Source of the DNA: Squalus acanthias
Taxonomy: Eukaryota
Direction: 5' to 3'
Assembly (NCBI GenBank): GCA_030390025.1
Contig: CM059431.1
Coordinates: 121,460,001-121,524,000, forward strand
DNA: 64,000 bases
This document shows positions 61,700 to 64,000 of the stretch, piece by piece (within the stretch, counting starts at the first letter, position 1; every line of letters begins with the position of its first letter). Under the pieces are notes generated by a model, which was given only the letters and a program-made list of their open reading frames with translations, was not told the DNA's origin and made no database searches. Position numbers and translations under genes: made by a program.

Positions 61700-62795
61700 A
61701 AGACATCACAGAGTAGGTCCAGCTGCCAAAAGAAGGAGGAGGAGGAGGGCAATCAACAGGAGGTCATATCTACAGAGAGTCATCAGGGAGCACTTCTCCG
61801 ACCTCAACTTTACTGAGGAGCACTGTATGAGGCGCCTTCGCTTTTCCAAGTAGGTTGTTACCGAGCTATGTCAGTTGCGGCAGCCACAATTCCAGCCTCA
61901 AACCAGGGCATGGACAGCACCGCCAGTGGCTGTCAATGTCACCGTCGCCCTTAACTTTTATGCCACGGGCTCCTTTCAGGCTGCAACAGGTGACATCAGC
62001 AACATCTCATAGTTCGCAATGCAGTGATGTATCAGGAAGGTGACCGAGGCTCTGTCCACCAAGAGAAACACTTACATCTCCTTCCCTATTGACAGAGAGA
62101 CGCAGGACAAGAGAGCATGAGGTTTCACCCGCGCGGCAGCCTTCCCTATGATGCTAGGTGCCATTGACTGCAATTACATTGCCTTGCGTGCTCCCCATTA
62201 GCATCCTGGAATATTTATCAATCAAAAGGGATTCCACTCCCTCAACATACAATTGGTTTGCGAACACAGGCAGCGCATCATGCAGGTCTGTGCCCGCTAT
62301 CCCGGCAGCAGTCATGACTCTTTCATTCTGCGCCAGCCCTCTGTGCCACCTTTATTCCAACCAAGCCTCCAAGTGGCAGGCTGGTTATTGGGTGACAAGG
62401 GTTATTCCCTCTAGACATGGCTCATGACTCCAGTTAGGAACCCATGCACAGCTGTACAGCGGGCCTACAATGAGAGCCATGCAGCCACAAGGTTCTTCAT
62501 CGAGAAAAGAATCAGTATCCTCAAGCAACTGCCTGACCGTTCCGGAGGAGCTTTGCAGTTCAGCCCTGAGCGACTATCCAGATTGGTGGTCATATGCTGC
62601 ATGCTCCACAATTTTGCCATCATGAGGGACCCCCGCACCCCCCCGCCCTCCCACTTATCACCACCTGTGAACCAAAAAGTTTAGAAGCAGGAGGATGAAA
62701 AGCAGAAGGAAGAGGAGGAGGAGAAGCAGTGACCAAGAGAGCCCCTATCTGCCAGAGCTCTTAGGGAGAAGCTAATTGAGGAATGGTTCAACGAA
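61700..62795 (+). pseudogene. Harbinger (HARBI1-like) DDE transposase with multiple in-frame stops
   Basis: My translation: CMRRLRFSK*...VTVALNFYATGSFQ...FPMMLGAIDCNYI...[14 protein letters not shown]...[11 protein letters not shown]...WLLGDKGY...LMTPVRNP...YNESHAATRFFIE...CCMLHNFAI. Confidence 0.92.
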
Positions 62796-63039
62796 GCCAG
62801 TTCTCCTACTATCTATTCACCAACAGTCCCACAATCCTTACTTCTTGTCTTACAACCACTATCAGATTATCTTGCTTCACTCTACACTTATTGGGTTTGC
62901 CCTCACTTCACTGCAAAGATAAATACCAACACCAAATCCAAAATTAAATTTGTCCAATAAATAATGTAATCATTTACAGAAAATATCACTATTCACCCTT
63001 TTGTATTTCCTTACAGCCTGTGTTGTGTGCTCCTTTCCC

Positions 63040-63950
63040 TACCCTAGTGCTCCTATAAGGTGTTTCCCCAGTGGCTACAGCTTGGGAGGTGGAGGATGCT
63101 GAGCTTCCATTGAAGACAACCCAGACGGCCTTAGAGGATGACCTTGAGCAGCTGTGGTCCTAAAGTGCCTGGCTGCAGACTGCAGCAGACTGGGCCAGCT
63201 GGCTGAATGGCACTGGGTGTGTGTCTGGCAAGGGAGCAGGAATGCTGTCATTCTGAGAGAGGACAGCAAGTTCCTTTCCCAAGGAGCCAAGGCCACTCTC
63301 CCATTGCGGCGCCTCAGCATCCTTGTGTTCTATTGGAGTAGAGAGTGATGTGACACCCTGCAAGCCCCTTTCAGCAGTGGTACCCAGAGCCAAGATGGTA
63401 GTGAACTCCCATGGCAGCTGTTTGTGCTGCGATGGAAGCTGTCAGATTTTTCGTGAGACGCTCCACCATGGTGGGTACCACTGAATTGCTGATGGAGTTG
63501 ACCACTCATTCCATATTTGAAAGAATGGTCTCAATGCTCTGCGCAAAGCCTTGGGCCTCGTTGGAGGTGGATTCTACCATGCTCCTTGACATTGTACACA
63601 AGCTCTCCGACCGGCTGCACCAAGCATTTCATGGTGTATGCCCATTAACCATCTTCGATAGCCTGGTCTACTGAAGTCTGCATCTCAGTCCTCTGTAGCA
63701 GAACTAGTATGTGACCTTCCCCTCTGGAATTCTGACACCTGTGGTATCCTATCCCTCTAACCTAGCTCCTGTGCACTTGTGCCCAGTGAGTCACCACGTG
63801 CAGATCCCGCATCTAACCTAACCTCCAAGATCCACGTGGTATCAGTATCCCAGCTGGTGGTTTCGAGAGTTAGATCAAGTGATGGTGCATGTCCATGTTC
63901 ACTCTGCTCCTCTTCCTCCACTGGCTGAGGGGCGATCACATTCTGAGGAG
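63040..63950 (-). pseudogene. 3' exon of the Harbinger second (Myb/SANT accessory) gene, disrupted
   Basis: Acceptor ctctttctcatttcag at 63951, low-complexity S/E/A-rich frame convergent on the transposase, C-terminal similarity to 46300-46450; the Myb domain itself is not in the window. Confidence 0.55.
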
Positions 63951-64000
63951 CTGAAATGAGAAAGAGGGATGGGTTAGGTTATGGGGTGAGGGAGAGCAGA

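Larger units (their letters stand above)
59584..64000 (+). mobile_element. Decayed two-gene PIF/Harbinger transposon (runs past the window end), with a CR1 in its left arm
   Basis: Left end GGCCCCGAAAT after TAA; transposase on plus, convergent second ORF on minus. Confidence 0.8.

Overview
Eukaryotic, transposon-dense, apparently intronic or intergenic DNA. The repeat content (CR1 LINEs, Deu-domain tRNA SINEs, an HE1/V-SINE-like fragment, Penelope-type ends) points to a cartilaginous fish such as a shark; this is an inference. I can support no host protein-coding exon. Main content: (1) A complete, uninterrupted CR1 LINE (39626-44411, minus). It has a zinc-finger/coiled-coil/SGNH-esterase ORF1, an EN-RT ORF2 and 149-bp tandem monomers at the 5' end. 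A U_UUA_AAC slippery heptamer sits at the ORF1 stop, and its -1 frame is ORF2, which has no AUG before the end of the endonuclease domain. (2) A full PIF/Harbinger series: a decayed two-gene element with transposase plus a convergent second ORF (59584 to window end), ~1.4-1.8 kb deletion derivatives keeping a Myb/SANT exon, and many 0.25-0.85 kb MITEs. All share a GG(G/C)NNNRATTT-type terminus and have variable 3-bp TSDs. (3) Two families of long (1.4 and 1.7 kb) TG...CA solo LTRs with 4-bp TSDs, including an LTR-into-LTR rearrangement. (4) Many truncated CR1/L2 fragments, SINEs and Penelope remnants, one with a minimal hammerhead ribozyme core. Several elements are nested up to three deep.
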